64,000 nt of DNA, taken from the NCBI RefSeq assembly GCF_963921235.1, contig NC_086108.1, positions 15,252,001 through 15,316,000 on the forward strand, read 5' to 3'. The DNA is from Mobula hypostoma (lineage: Eukaryota). The notes under the pieces are model-generated. The model was given only the letters and a program-made list of their open reading frames with translations, was not told the origin of the DNA and ran no database searches. Shown here piece by piece: positions 25,475 to 39,590 of this stretch; positions within the stretch are counted from its first letter, which is position 1; each line of letters begins with the position of its first letter. The position numbers were made by a program, and so were the translations under genes.

Positions 25475-26245
25475 ATTCAGCAACCTTAAATTCCTTGGTG
25501 TTATTATTTCGAAGGATCTGACCTGGGTCCAGCACGTAAATGCAATTGTGAAGAAAGCATGGCTGCACCTCTACTTCCTTAGGAGTTTATGGGGATTCAG
25601 TGTGATATCTAAAACTTTGACAAATTTCTATAGATGTGTAGTGGAGAGTATATTGACTGGTTGCATCACAGCCTGGTATGGAAACTCCAATGCATTCGAA
25701 TAAAAAATCCTATAAAAAGTAGTTGATATGGTTCTGTTGATCATGGGTAAAGCTGTCCCCACCAAAGAACACATCTACATGAAACGTTGTTGCAGGAAAG
25801 TAGCATCCATCATCAGGGACCCCCAACCACCCATAACATACCCTCTTCTCCCTGCTGCCATCAGGAAGAAGGTACAGGAGCCTCAGGACTCGCACCACCA
25901 GTTTCAGGAGCAGTTAGGCTCTTGAACCAAAGGGGATGACTTCACTCAACTTTACCTGTCCCATCATTGAAATGTTCTCAGAACCAATGGACTGAATTTC
26001 AAGGACTCTTCATCTCATGTACTCTATGTTTATTACTTATTTATTATTATTATAACTTTTTGTCTTTGTGCAATTTGTTGTCTTTTGCACACTGGTTGAA
26101 CGCACATGTTGGCACAGTCTTTCATTGATTTTGTAATGGTTATTATTCTATAAAATTATTGAGTATGCCTGCAAGAAAATAAATCTCAGGGTTGTATATG
26201 GGGACATATATATTCACGTTGATAAGTTTACTTTGAATTTTGAAC
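25475..26245 (+). mobile_element. Rex1/Babar LINE 3' fragment
   Basis: LKFLGVIISKDLTW...FYRCVVESILTGCITAWYG. Confidence 0.8.
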
Positions 26246-26924
26246 TTCAATACAAACCTAAGTGAACCAAACAGAAGACGAGAGGTTCAAATAACCAAGT
26301 GTACAATCTGGAGTTTATCCTAACCTCAAAATAATTTTTCAGCCCTAGTGGGAAAATGGGTATGTATTGGAAAGACAGAAGATGAAGTTTTTACGATTAG
26401 TTCCCACCCAGCATCTAAGACCAATCTGATGTTGAACTCTTTGGGGTTTAATTTTGTTTCCTTTACACTTGTTGCAGGATTTCTGTTTTGCTGTACTTGT
26501 GGTTTCTTTTCAAACTGTAATTATCTTGGTGACAGATTCAAATGGCATCTGGACCTATATGTCCATTTACTTGCAGCTCTTTCATTCCATGCAGAAGGTA
26601 CAAAGCTTGAAAGGACGTATTGCGAAGAGATGCCAAATTGGGCATTGGAGTTTAAAAATTAAGCTAAAATGAACGTTTCCAAACTACTTAGCATTTTTCA
26701 TCCCACATTTTAATAACAAAGAATTTGCCAATCCAGTAAGGCATTCAATTATCAGTAGGTGATGCCAGCTAACAGAATGGACAATATTGGAGACTGTTGA
26801 TGTTGAGTTTATAGGTTTCAGATATAAGTTACATGGCACAAATTTAACATTGACACTGAGGAATGTAGAAGATATAGTGTTACCTCCTTTAGCTTTCACC
26901 TGTATCTCAGTAGCAACTCTCTAC

Positions 26925-27610
26925 GGTTGTGGGTTCAAATCTCATTCCAAAGATTTGAGCACATAATTTCAACTGACACTTCCGTGCAGCAAGTGCTGTC
27001 TTTCTGATGATAAATTAAGATCCTGTTTAACCTCTTGGGTGGAAGTAAAAGATCCAATCATATTACCTGAAGAAGAGCAAGAAAACTTTCTACAGTGTCC
27101 AGACCAATTTTTATCCCTCAACCATCCTTACTTAAACAGCTGTGTAGTGACACCACTACTTTCGACCAAAAAGAATATGATTGCTTATTTCCTCCATCAG
27201 GCACACCTGGTGATAGCACTGCAGTAAGGAATTGATTTTATTCACATAATTATTCTCCATTTAATGTTCTACTGGGTGACTGCTGTAGTTTCAGACTTGT
27301 TCCATTTACAAAGACTTGTATTGATAGACTGTTCTGGTGTGCTGTTTTAAATGATTTCTTTTGCTTTGAAATGGACTGCTTTGAATCCTCCTTTAAATGT
27401 TGACATTTATTGGCAGACATGTTGTAGTAGTAGAGACCCTGAACTAAATCACATTGACATATTATCACAGTTGTGTTTGTAGGAGCTTGCTGTGTATGAT
27501 CCAGCTGCTCTAACTGCTACACTGCAATGGTGACTACATTTAATGAATTGTTATAGGGCTGACTTGTATTTGGACTGCATGAGGTGGTGAAAGCCATGAA
27601 ATAAATGTAC
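26925..27610 (+). mobile_element. Old Deu-domain SINE (SacSINE/AmnSINE-like), interrupted
   Basis: gtaaaagatcc...gaagaagagcaag...gtgtccagaccaattttatccctcaacca resembles the Deu core; tail cattatcaca...gagcttgctgtg...gtgactaca at ~27460-27610. Confidence 0.6.
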
Positions 27611-28179
27611 AGAATACATTTTGAAATGAGACTCAGCAGGCCAAGCTGTATCCGAGAGTGGAATGAAACTATTGACATTTCAGGTCCTGATATAGTGTTC
27701 AACCTCAAACATTAACAATTCCTTCCTCCTTACAGATGCTGCTCAACCCACTGAGTTCCTCCACCAGATTTCTGATTGGTCCAGATTCTAGCATCTGTGA
27801 TCACTTGTGTCTTTGTGTCTCCATTTTAAAATGATTCACATTTATATCGTCTTATAATTTCAAAGCATCTTCAAATACTTCTGCTCTTGCTATTTCCATG
27901 TGATGTGTGTTACAGGAGTGGCAGAGGGCTTACCTGCTTGATACCAAGTTCCTGGATATTTGCCATTAGAATGGACTTGGGGCTGAACTTTTTGTTTCAA
28001 ACAAACCATAAGAGGACAAAGCAACACACACAAAGTGCTAGAGGAACTTAGCAGGCCAGGCAGCATCTATGGAAAAGAGTAGAGTTGACGCTTCGGGATG
28101 TGACCGTTCATCAGGACTGGAAAAAAAGATGAGTCAGAGTAAGAAAGTGGGGGGAGGGGAGGAAGAATCACGAGGTGCT

Positions 28180-29510
28180 CAGAATCAGAATCAGGTTTAT
28201 TATCACCGTCATGTGACATGAAATTTGTTAACTTAGCAGCAGCAGTTCAATGCAATACATAATCCAGCAGAGAGAGAAAAAATAATAATAATAAATAAAC
28301 AAGTATGTAAATCAATTATGTATATTGAATAGATTTTTTAAAAATGTGCAAAAACAGAAATACTGTATATTAAAAAAAAGTGAGGTGGTGTCCAAAGCTT
28401 CAATATCCATTTAGGAATTGGATGGCAGAGGAGAAGAAGCTGTTCCTGAATCGCTGAGTGTGTGCCTTCAGGCTTCTGATTCTCCTACCTGATGGTAAAA
28501 GGGCATGCCCTGAGTGCTGGAGGTCCTTAATAATGGATGCTGCCTTTCTGAGACACTGCTCCCTAAAGATGTCCTGGGTACTTTGTAGGCTACTGCCCAG
28601 GATGGAGCTGACTAGATTTACAACCTTCTGCAGCTTCTGTGCAGTAGCCCCTCCATACCAGACAGTGATGCAGCCTGTCAGAATGCTCTCCACAGTAAAA
28701 CTATAGAAGTTTTTGAGTGTATTTGTTGGTATGCCAAATCTCCTCAAACTCCTAATGAAGTATAGCCACTGATTTGCCTTCTTTATAACTACGTCGATAT
28801 GCTGGGACCAGGTTAGATCCTCAGAGATCTTGACACCGAGGAACTTGAAGCTGTTCATTCTCTCCACTTCTGATCCCTTATAAGGATTGGTTATTGTTCC
28901 TTCGAATTACCCTTCCTGAAGTCCACAATCAGCTCTTTCGTCGTACTGAAGTTGAGTCCCAGATTGTTGCTGGGGCACCACTCCGCTAGTTGGCATATCT
29001 CACTCCTGTACACCTTCCCGTCACCACCTGAGATTCTACCAACAACGGTTGTATCATCAGCAAATTTATAGATGGTATTTGAGCTATGCCTAGCCACACA
29101 GTCACATGTATACAGAGAGTAGCGCAATGGGCTAAGCACACACCGCTGAGGTGCGCCGGTGTTGATTGTCAGCGAGGAGGATACATTATCACTAATCCGC
29201 CCAGACTGGTCTTCCGGTTAGGAAGTCGAGGATCCAATTGCAGAGGCCCAGGTTCTGCAAATTCTCAATCAGGATTTTGGGAATGATGGTATTAAATGCT
29301 GAGCTATGGTCGATGAACAGCATCCTGACGAGGATGTTTGTGTTGTTTAAGTGGTCTAAAGCCATGTGGAGAGCCATTGAGATTGCGTCTGCTTGTTGAC
29401 CTATTGTGGCGATAGGCAAATTGCAATGAGTCCAGGTCCTTGCTGAGGCAGGAGTTCAGTTTAGTCGTAACCAACCTCTCAAAGCATTTCATCAGTGTCG
29501 ATGTGAGTGC
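28180..29510 (-). mobile_element. Rex1/Babar LINE inserted between inverted Penelope-derived arms (~28020-28175 and ~29512-29680)
   Basis: Minus-strand ORFs MKCFERLV, LSPLRYSLYTCDC, KFADDTT and FKFLGVKISEDLTW; the flanks are reverse complements of each other. Confidence 0.85.
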
Positions 29511-31014
29511 TTCCTCCCACTGTCTTACTCTGACTCATCTTTTTTTCCAGTCCTGATGAAGGATCTTGGTCCAAAACATCGACCACTCTTTTCCATAGAT
29601 GCTACCTAGCCTGCTGAGTTCTTCTAGCATTTTGTCGGTGTTGCTTGGATTTCCAGCATCTGCAGGTTTTCTCTTGTTCATGAGAGGACAAAACTGAGTT
29701 TTTTCAAATCAGTTCCACATGAGTAGATTGCTTATTTGAGGTGAATGTGGTCACAACAGTACAGGATAAGGGAATATCAAGTTTGGCTATGCATTGGGGT
29801 GACTTTTTCAATTGCTGGCTTCAGAAATAAGTACCCCAAATGTGTGGGAGGATTTACTGCAAACCTTTTAGAAGGAACTGGGATTTCCTGCATTTGATAG
29901 CTCTTGGGGTTAGATGTTGTGTGTGTTTGCTTGAGAGTTGATAAGACATTGGTGTTGTTTTCTGAGCTTTCGTCTTTACACTTCCCTAACCCAGGGAGGC
30001 CAGTGTTTGAAGTAGACTATAGAGTGACTGCATGGGGGTGGTTGAGTGGACCTGCTGATCTCTTTTTGTCCTATGTTAGCTACAATTACTACTAGGCCAG
30101 GATATCAGGAACTGGCTGTGTGAGGTCCTGGCCTACTAAAATCCTCTCTCCAACCCAGATGAGCTGGTCAGGCAAGGCAGAAGGAACTTTGAGTGGATTC
30201 TTAGTCTTGAGCATTACTTTCTGAGGCCCTCAGTACCCTGACAGTTGAAGGTATTTAAAAGCTATTCAAATGGATTTAAATCCTTTAAAAATAATCAAAA
30301 ATTTCTTAAAATGCTAACAAAAGCATTAAAATAAATTAAATGTAGTGCATTAACTGCACAGAACCAGTGATTGTCCTCTAACACTGGTGAATCTGAGCTT
30401 CATCAGCTGGACTTGCTTGTTTGGCCATGTGCACACAGAAGTCCACGACTGCTGAGACTCAAACAGCTGACAGCTGAGCATCAGTCTGCACAATTAACCC
30501 CACTGTTTCTGGAGCAAAGCAAAAAAGCAGGCAGTCAATTTAGATAGAGTGAAGTCACATGAACGGGAAGTGGAATAATTGGTTTGTTTGCTAAAAAAAA
30601 TAAAAGAGCCAGTTATTTCGAAGAGAAGTGAGTAGAAAGTTCTTCTCTGTTGGTAGGGAATCTCTGCCCATAAGACTAGTGATAGCCAGATCATTTGATA
30701 TATTTAAGGAGGACAAAGCTCAAAGAATTGAGGGTTATGGAGAACTGGCACAGGAGAGGAATTGAGACGAGCATAGATCAAGAACGATCATATTGAATAA
30801 TGGTGAGGCAGGTTTGAGGAGCTGAGTGTCCTACCTCTGCTCTTATTTTCTTGTGTATTGGGGTCTATATTTTGATACCGTTGGTGGAGGGATGGACTGA
30901 TACAACTATGGCATATACTTGGATATAGCGTGAGGGAGATTACAAGATCTTGGTTTGGCATCTTATCAATAAACAACACGTTTAGCAATACAGTGTTTAT
31001 GGGTTAGTATAGGT

Positions 31015-31760
31015 TAGTGGTTCCCAAAATGTTTTGTTACCACCCCCTTTGCTCCCAAATCACATCCCCAGTGCTGCTCTCTCCCATTCTAGCCATTATA
31101 TAAAAACTATAAAGAATTTTGATTTTCAATGCACAGCAGAAGAAATAGGAACTGCAAATTCAAAGCAGTGACAAATAAGTGCAAGAAATATTCAAGTTTA
31201 TTTAAAGGTTCAAATAAAATTATTTCTTTAATTACAATAAAAACAATTTTCATCAACAATTTTAGAGTGGTTGTTAGTAGTCCAACCTTTCAATGAGAAG
31301 GACGAGCTTGGTGCGGGTTCTCAACATCAGGTTTAATGCCACTCAGAAGGAGTTTCAGATCCCCATATTCAGTAATTTGCTGTCTGTTTCGTTGTTTTGA
31401 AAGAAGTTGGTCAACTGCACTGAAACCGCACTCCACCAAATATGTTGTGGAAAGGCAATAAAGAACATTGTGACCTTTTTCCACACTACAGGACAGCGTT
31501 CAGAGAGTTCTTTCTGCAACCTTGAATCTTGACTTTAGTTCAAAGTCATTTTGTAGAGAGGTCAGTTCTTTCTCCATCCTTCCTGTTAATTTCTCATTAC
31601 AAATGTTCAGGAGCTTAGTTATTAACCTAATCTAGAATTTGGATCAAGAGACGTGTCTTTATGTAGATCACCCAGTATACTTGAAGGTCACATCTGGTAT
31701 TGTTTCCTTCTTTCTAACTCAGGCTGGAAATTGGCAAACAGTTGCGACGGCCAGTGGTGT
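31015..31760 (-). mobile_element. hAT (Charlie-like) DNA transposon relic
   Basis: Minus-strand TTYLVECGFSAV..LLSKQRNR..ITE.GDLKLLLS resembles the hAT dimerisation domain; terminus agtggttcccaaa at ~31016. Confidence 0.7.
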
Positions 31761-34315
31761 ACTTTAATACAGTACCACAGCCCCTCACTCCAGGGTCCAT
31801 AACTGTTCAACCCTCTCGACAATTACCTGTTCCCTCTACAATGAATTTTTAATGACAAAAAAATCTTTAGTATGTGTCTACTGCCCTTCCCTGTGTTCAC
31901 TCCTCTACCATGTCTCTCCCTCCTGTCTACATGCTCCATAACCTCACCAACTTCCCTGGTTATGGTAACACGGTAATCCAGCTTCTGCTGTTGCACGCAA
32001 CTTTGGCTGACCAATTTGTTGCTCGTTGCCGCATCATGTTGTTGCCGTGGCTCAATTTAATCTCTCCAAAGAAAAAGTGCCTGCTGCGCCCAGGTGTTCA
32101 ATGGAAACGTTGCACGTGTGTTTAATTGATTCAAAGTAATTCACTTTTAAAATTAAGCCTGTAATCCATCAGCTGTGCCCCTTGCTACCGAGTGACCCCA
32201 CTACCATCACCCCTTTGTCTTTATCACCCCCTAAGAAACTCCCACCAAGTCCAAGGGTGAGATATATGGGTCCACTTGTCTAGATAAAGTACCGAACTCC
32301 CTTGAAGGGGCTGAATGCATACCCTAGGTGAGGGCATTTCAGTGATGTTTAGGAGATGTTACTTAGAACATGCTGTATCCAAGTTAACTGATATATAATG
32401 ACCATGACAACAATATTTTAACAGAAAGCATTTGGAGTGACATACATGTTGTAGGTCACTCATATTAATATAAGCATCAGAGTGCGCAATTGATGCAATC
32501 TGATATCTTTTCTGTTTTTGGGGATGGCAATGTATTTTTTTTTTTGACGCTGTGTAATGAATCATTTGACCCGTTTTTGTGAAAATAAGTTCCAATGCAA
32601 GACTGTGGTGTATTTCAACACGAACAAAAACCACTGTATTGTGCATGCTCTTCAAGGCAGAACATTTGGTATGTTTTATCTGTGTGCTGGCCTGTTTGTC
32701 CTCCAAGTGGTGTTCAAGGGCAATTGGAGATGGGCAGGGAATGCTGGCCTTGGTAGTAATACCACTTCATTCAGTGAATCAATTTTTAAAACATAATAAT
32801 ATTACAGCTTTTTGCAGGATTTTTTATTTATAACAAAAGACTCCATCTTCAGAATCTTAAAGGAAGTGGGAAACTTTTACACCATAAAGTTACTTCTGCA
32901 TGTTTTGCTCGTGTATAAATTTGAAGTTATTTTGGCTTTAATGGTGGGGTGGAACAGTAGTGTAGCGGTTAGCGTTACGCTGTTATAGTGTCAGCAACCT
33001 GTGTTCAATTCCACTGCAGTCTGTGAGGAATTTGAATGTTCTCTCCATGACCGTGTGGGTTGCCTCTGGGTGCTCTGGTTTCCCGCCACATTCCAAAGAT
33101 GTACGGGTTAGTAGGGCAAATGTGTGTAATTGGACAGTACGGGCTCATTGGACTGGAGGGCCTGTCTTTAAGTAATAAATAAATTTTCCACTGTCAAAGG
33201 TTATGTGCCCATAATAAACAACTTGACTTGATTGGGAACTGAATTACCATGGGCGTGCTATCTAGTACAGGGTCATAAATGAAGATGCAATTTTCACTTG
33301 CATCTTTATTCACAACCCTGTATGAGCACAGAGTCCACTGGCAGAATCGGTCATTAGCAAAGAATGCGGTTTTGCCTTTTGACATAGGGACAGTGTTGAA
33401 TGAGAGATGATGTATGATTAGGGGAATTGTGAAGGTCGGATGGCAGTGAAGTGTAGTTGTGGCAATGTACCTACTATTACTGAAGTTTGGGCATTGCCCT
33501 GATGATGGAGAGGCAGGATCAAGGAACAAGGAACTACTCTGCGACATTTAATTGGATCTCATTCTTGACAAAGATTTACAGAAAGCTGCTGCAAGATAGA
33601 AGCAGTAAATGTGTGTGTGTATTACTGCATGTAGTTTTTGATTCCAAGGTTTCTGAATGTTTGGTGTTACAGATTTACTTTGTGAACAGTAATTTATGCG
33701 TGCAATTAAAAAGTAAATACGAGTTTAGCCTGGGGAATTGAGGTTCCTAATGGTATAATGTTAGTTGACCATACAAGCATCTCTTCCAAAACCTACTTGT
33801 TTATTATTCTTTCTCCATGACAACTAAGTGTTTCTGCATTGCCTGGTATATCAGCATAACTGGAATATTAATAAACTTTCTCTACTGATTTCACTGTTAC
33901 ATTTTCATCAGTTAGTACATTTTCCCAGAGCTGCTATCAATGGTTTCATTGGCAATTCCGCAGAGTCTATAACATTCTGAAACATTCTCTGACTTGTAGA
34001 AAGGAAAATATGCTTTGAAGAGCTATCTTCTTAACTAATTAAAACTCTCTAATGTTCAATCATGAATGTGCTTTAGGAAGTGTCATTGTAACATATTATA
34101 CTTCTCTGTGAGCACATTGACTGCATTTCCTACATTATAACTGCAATTATGTCAATAGAATATTTTTTGTGGAACATCATTCTAATGAAATACAAGATCT
34201 TGTAATAAAAATCACTAACATTATGCTGGGTGACATCTGAACTGTTTGATTAGCCATTCCTTCATAGATACTGCACCATTTGCACCTTCTGAATTGACAC
34301 TGTGTTCTCTTCTAG

Positions 34316-34798
34316 ACTGGTGACATCCCAATTTTTGGTGCCACTGGCTATGAAGAGTATCTCCGGGACCAAGAAGTGGCTGAGCGCTGGTACCGTTACA
34401 ATCCTCGACTAACGTGCCTGTACTGCGGCAAGTCTTTTAACCAGAAGGGGAGTCTGGACCGCCACATGCGGTTGCACATGGGCATAACGCCTTTTGTGTG
34501 CCGGATCTGTGGGAAAAAGTACACCCGCAAAGACCAGTTGGAATATCACATACGCAAGCACACTGGGAATAAGCCCTTCCACTGCCATGTGTGTGGCAAG
34601 AGCTTCCCATTCCAGGCCATTTTAAACCAGCACTTCAAAAAGAACCATCCTGGTTGCACATTACTGGAAGGGCTGCACAGTATCTCACCAGAGACCACTT
34701 CCAAGGGACAGAACGGACAACAGTCACCACTTCAGGACCAGCCAAAAGCAGTGGGTGAACTAATTCACACTTCCATCTCAACTACGGGGCCTGACTGA
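34316..34798 (+). CDS. ZBTB37: ZBTB37 coding exon 3 (three C2H2 zinc fingers and stop)
   Basis: Acceptor ttctcttctag ends at 34315; TGDIPIFGATGYEEYLRDQEVAERWYRYNPRLTCLYCGKSFNQKGSLDRHMRLH...STTGPD*. Spliced CDS is 869+103+483 = 1455 nt, 484 aa. Confidence 0.96.
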   Translation, partial: TGDIPIFGATGYEEYLRDQEVAERWYRYNPRLTCLYCGKSFNQKGSLDRHMRLHMGITPFVCRICGKKYTRKDQLEYHIRKHTGNKPFHCHVCGKSFPFQAILNQHFKKNHPGCTLLEGLHSISPETTSKGQNGQQSPLQDQPKAVGELIHTSISTTGPD

Positions 34799-36284
34799 CT
34801 GCACTGGGGGAGGATGTCTGTGTGAGAGACTCTGGGACCCTGTTTTTCTTTAGAATGGACGATTTCATTTGGATTTAGAACTATTTATACCAAGGGTTTT
34901 TTTTTTCTTTAGGAAAGGAAGATGAAGCCTCCCAGTTGCAAGGTTGCTGAAATTCACTATCAACCATTTCTTTTCAATATCTTGACATTTCCCTGCCTTA
35001 TAAAAGAAACAAGAAAGGGATTGTTGAGTGTATAAAGACAAGGAGTGGTGAGGAGAAAGTACCCTGGATATTAGTAGAGTGAGTAGTTAATATTGAATGA
35101 CCAGATCCAATAAAAAGTATTTTGCTGTATGGATCACTCTTAGGGTAGTTAGCAAGCAGTTGGAGGCCCCTCCTGAGCTCTTTCCTCAATAGGTCCTGGG
35201 TAGATCCAGAGCTGTATCTTTGAAACTGTAGAAGTGACTTATTCAGAGCTGTCACTGTCTAGAAAGGACAACATAAAAGAAATCAAGGTTTTCAGGAAAG
35301 ATGTGACTGTTCAGGCAGATTGGGGATTAAAAATCATGGCAGAGTGGCAATGGGTCTGGAGTGGAACATCTTAGTTAATTCCTCAATGTGACGTGATCTG
35401 TGTGGCAAATGGAAAACCCTGTGGTTCTGTACATTTCTATAAATGACTAACAAATGTGGTTTAATCCATAGATAGTGCTTAAAAGAAATGGGGATACTGC
35501 AAGTGAATGTAGGGCCCTGGTTTGACAGTAGATTTACAGTTGAGTGGATTTGTGTGTGTAATGTTTCTCATATTGTATGTGTCTTTTAACATGAGAGATC
35601 CTATTCAGGAATGAAAGTCTATCATAGTATATTATCTACCTAAAATGCCTCCTATGAACTTTCTAATGAAGCATTTCTGTGTGAGCTTGTAAAGCTGTTT
35701 TTATCAAAAATGGATAGAGGAAATGTACAGAACACAGAATGTTCCATAATTTATAACATTCCTAGAATAAGTTAATGAAGTTATTAATCCCTTGATTTAG
35801 TGCAGAAATGCTTCTGAAGAATATGTTAGAGGAATGGGACAGGGATTGCAACATATGGGTATCAAATGCTTCAACTTGCCCTTCTTGTGCACCCTATGTC
35901 TCTAACAAGGTGCTCCACTGTGATACTATTGAAATCTGGTTCTCTCTCTTATTCATGCTGCAGATTTTTTTGTTTTACTCTCAACTGATACTGCTTACTT
36001 TTCTGTGGTAATGATTTCAGCTTAATGGATGGTGGAAAATGCACTATTGATGAGGAGAAAACAGATGATGACTAAAAAAATTGACAGGTACAGGGAAAGA
36101 GATAGTGGAGTTCCTGAGCAATATTAGAGTTGGGTCATTTTATTGTGATATGTTCCAACAGAAAAGAGTGAATTCTCTTTCTCAATGGGAGTATGAAGGG
36201 CAACTTTTTCACCCACAGGGTGGTCTGTATCTGGAACAAGCTTCCAGACAAAGTGATTGAAGCCGTTACATTAAAACTATTTAA

Positions 36285-36822
36285 AAGACCGTGCAAGAGT
36301 CTTAGACATATATAGCTAGGATGCCTAAAACCTTTGCACGGTACCTTATTTGTCAGTGTGGAGCAGAGAGCAAGTTTGTAAATGTGGGAGCAAAGGATGT
36401 TGGGAATGGTGATGGTGGAGAGCTATGGATAGGGAGTGGGCAAATGGCGGAAAAGGAGTGGTGAGGGGGGTTTGGCGTGGGTACAGACACACTCAACCCT
36501 GAGTCACCAGGCAAAGTCATTTGATTATAAACAATTGATTTATTGATCATTACAGAATGTCTCTCTGGTGCTTCCCGCTTCCTCCCCTCTCCCTGACCCT
36601 TTTCCCAATTATGATTTCCCCCTCCCTGACCCCTTCCCACTCTCAGTCCACAATAGAGACCCACATCAGAATCAGGTTTATCATCACTCACATATGTCAT
36701 GAAATTTGCCTTTTTTTGTGTGGCAGCAGTACTGTGCAATACATAAAATTACCACAGTACTCTGCAGAAATCTTAGGCACCCTAACTATATATGTGTGCC
36801 TAAGACTTTTGTACAGTACTGT
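36285..36822. mobile_element. Tc1/mariner-derived non-autonomous element
   Basis: Both ends carry copies of a gtgcaa.agtcttag / ctaagacttttgtacagtactg TIR-like motif. Confidence 0.55.
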
Positions 36823-38699
36823 GCATGGATAGGAAAGTTTCATTTAGAGGGATATGTGCTAAACATGGCAATCAGCCTGGCTTAGATGGGAATCTTGGTC
36901 AGCATGGACCATTTAAGCCAAAGGGCCCTTTTCCATGCTGTATGACTCAATTATAAAACTTGAGGCTCAGGGCCAAATGGATCATTTCAAAACTGAGGTT
37001 GAAAATTTTTTTTGTCATACAAGGGTATTAATGAGATAGGAGTTGTTATAGGGAGTTAGAAGACAGATTAGCAATGCTTTAACTGAATGAAAGAAGTTGC
37101 TCAATGGACTGAGTAGTTTCTTTCTGTTCCAATGGCTTCGACCAGCCAGGATCATAAGTCTTGCTGAAGAGCTGCATTAATTAGAGCTGTTGTTATACTC
37201 AGGGTGTGAATATTTAAACTAATAATTAGCTTTGTAACTAGCTCTGGAACTAGTCAGGACAAATGAAAAGTGTTTGGATTGAACATGGCATGGAATGAAT
37301 CAAGCAGTGATCAGGGGCCACTAAGTTTGTTAAGGAGTTTTGATTTACTCTTCCTGGAATAGTGAGTGTACAGAAAATTGCATTTAATGAAGAACAAGTG
37401 GAACTGTAGTTAAAATAAGGGTGGTGTATGTTTGTGCTGCGAACAAATGGAGGATAAACATAATCCATTCTTTCCAAGCAACACACATCAAAGTTGCTGG
37501 TGAACGCAGCAGGCCAGGCAGTATCTCTAGGAAGAGGTACAGTCAACGTTTCAGGCCGAGACATGATTTCCAAAAATCCATCCACCCTGACTAATTCCTC
37601 ATATTGTCTTAGATTCTGTCTAAGCCACTAACCCTGCCAATGAATTCCATGAAATCCAAGGGGCCCAGTATTATTCAGGCCCAATTCCTTCAGTAATTAA
37701 CTCACTCAGTGACTGAAACATGCATAAACAATTACCTCTTGCTGTCTGCACTGATCTAGTGTTTAATGCAATTTGTTCCTCTTCTCTTGGACCCCAAAGG
37801 TTTTGCTTTCTTCATTCATTTAGAACCTCACCTTTCCTTTCAACAAAAAAAATGTTGCCAGTGTTTAATTAACCTGTGCCTTCTTAAAATGCTGGTTTGT
37901 GCATTTTCCCAACGTCTTTCCTCCACTGCTGTCAGACTTCTTGGTCTGACGACACTCAGTCTTACCATATCACAGAGAGATACAGGATGAAAACAAGCCC
38001 TTAGCTGACTGAGACTATCAAGCACCCATTTTTACACTAATCTGGCAGTGATCCTATTTTATCCTGAAAAGCTGAGGGAACCACCACGATCTGGAGGTTA
38101 CCCTCTAAGCCGCACACCATCATAACTTGGAAATATATCATGGTTCCTTCACTATCACTGGGTCAGCCTCCATCCTCGACACAACTGTGGGTTTACCCAC
38201 ACCTCAAAGTCTACAGTGGCATAAGGGCATCATGATTGAAGCAATTAAATGCTAGTTCAGACTGTGAAGCCTGCATCCTTAAAACAAATATTTAAAAAAC
38301 ATTCACATCAATTCCACGCAGATCTAACCTTCACTTACACTCCTAGGGTACTTTACAGCAGCTAGTTCACCTACTATAATCACACCTTTGGGATGTGAGA
38401 GGAAATCTGAGGGGAGAAATCCAAGGGCAGAGGGGGACAGCACCCACAGCCAGGATTGAACCTGGATTCCAAGTGCTGTAAGGCAGCAGTTTTACTGAGT
38501 GCACCACTGTGGCTCTTTGTTGAAACATTGGTACCATATTATCTGTCTTCTATTGTTCTCACCTGTTGGTGAACAATCCTGTGTTATTTCCTGTCTTCTT
38601 TTTCACAGCCTGGGATACACTTTATGTGGAGCTGGTATTTTATTCGCTCTCAAAGCTGCTTACATCATTTGTTCTGTTTATCATTTCTATTATGTCACA

Positions 38700-39590
38700 T
38701 TCAAAGTTCAAAGTAAATTTATTATCAAAGTACATATGTGTCACCATATACAATCCTGAGAATCATTTTCTTGCAAGCATACTCAATAAATACATAATAG
38801 GATAATAACCAAAATAGAATCAATGAAAGATCGCACCAAATTGGGTGTTCAAACAGTGTTCAAAATACAACAAACTGTGCAAGTACAAAAGGAAAAATAT
38901 AATTATAATGAATAAGCAATAAATATCAAGAACATGAGATGAAGAGTCCTCAAAAGTGAGTCCATTGATTGTGGGAACATTTCAGCGATGGGGCAAGTAA
39001 AGTTTGGTTTTAGAGCCTGATGGTTGAGGGGTAGTAACTATTCCTGAACCTGGAGATTTAAGTCCTGGGACTCCTGTGCCTTCTTCCTGATGGCAGCAGT
39101 GAGAAGAGAGCATGACCTGGGTGGTGGAGTTCCCCCAATGATGGATGTTGCTTTCCTGCGACAGTGCTTCCTGTAGATGTGCTCAATGGTGGAGAGGGCT
39201 TTACCCGTGATGTACTGGGCCATATCCACTACTTTTTGTTGGATTTTCCATTCAAGTGCGTTGGTGTTTCCATACCAGACTGTGGTATAACCAGTATACT
39301 CTCCACTACACATTCAAAGAGGTTTGTCGAAATTTTAGATGTCGTGCCGAATCTTCACAAACTTCTTAGGAAGTAGAGGCATTGCTGTGCTTTCTTCACA
39401 ATTGCATTTACATGCTGGGCCCAAGACAGGTTCTCTGAAATTATAAGACTGAGGAATTTAAAGTTACTGACTCTCTCCACCTCTGATCTTCTGACGAGGA
39501 CTGGCTCATGGACTTCTGGTGTCCACTTCCTGAAATCAATAATCAGCTGCTTGGTCTTTCTGACACTGAGTGAGAGGTTGTTCTTCTTCC
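38700..39590 (-). mobile_element. Rex1/Babar LINE 3' fragment
   Basis: NNLSLSVRKTKQLIIDFRK...FKFLSLIISENLSW. Confidence 0.8.
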
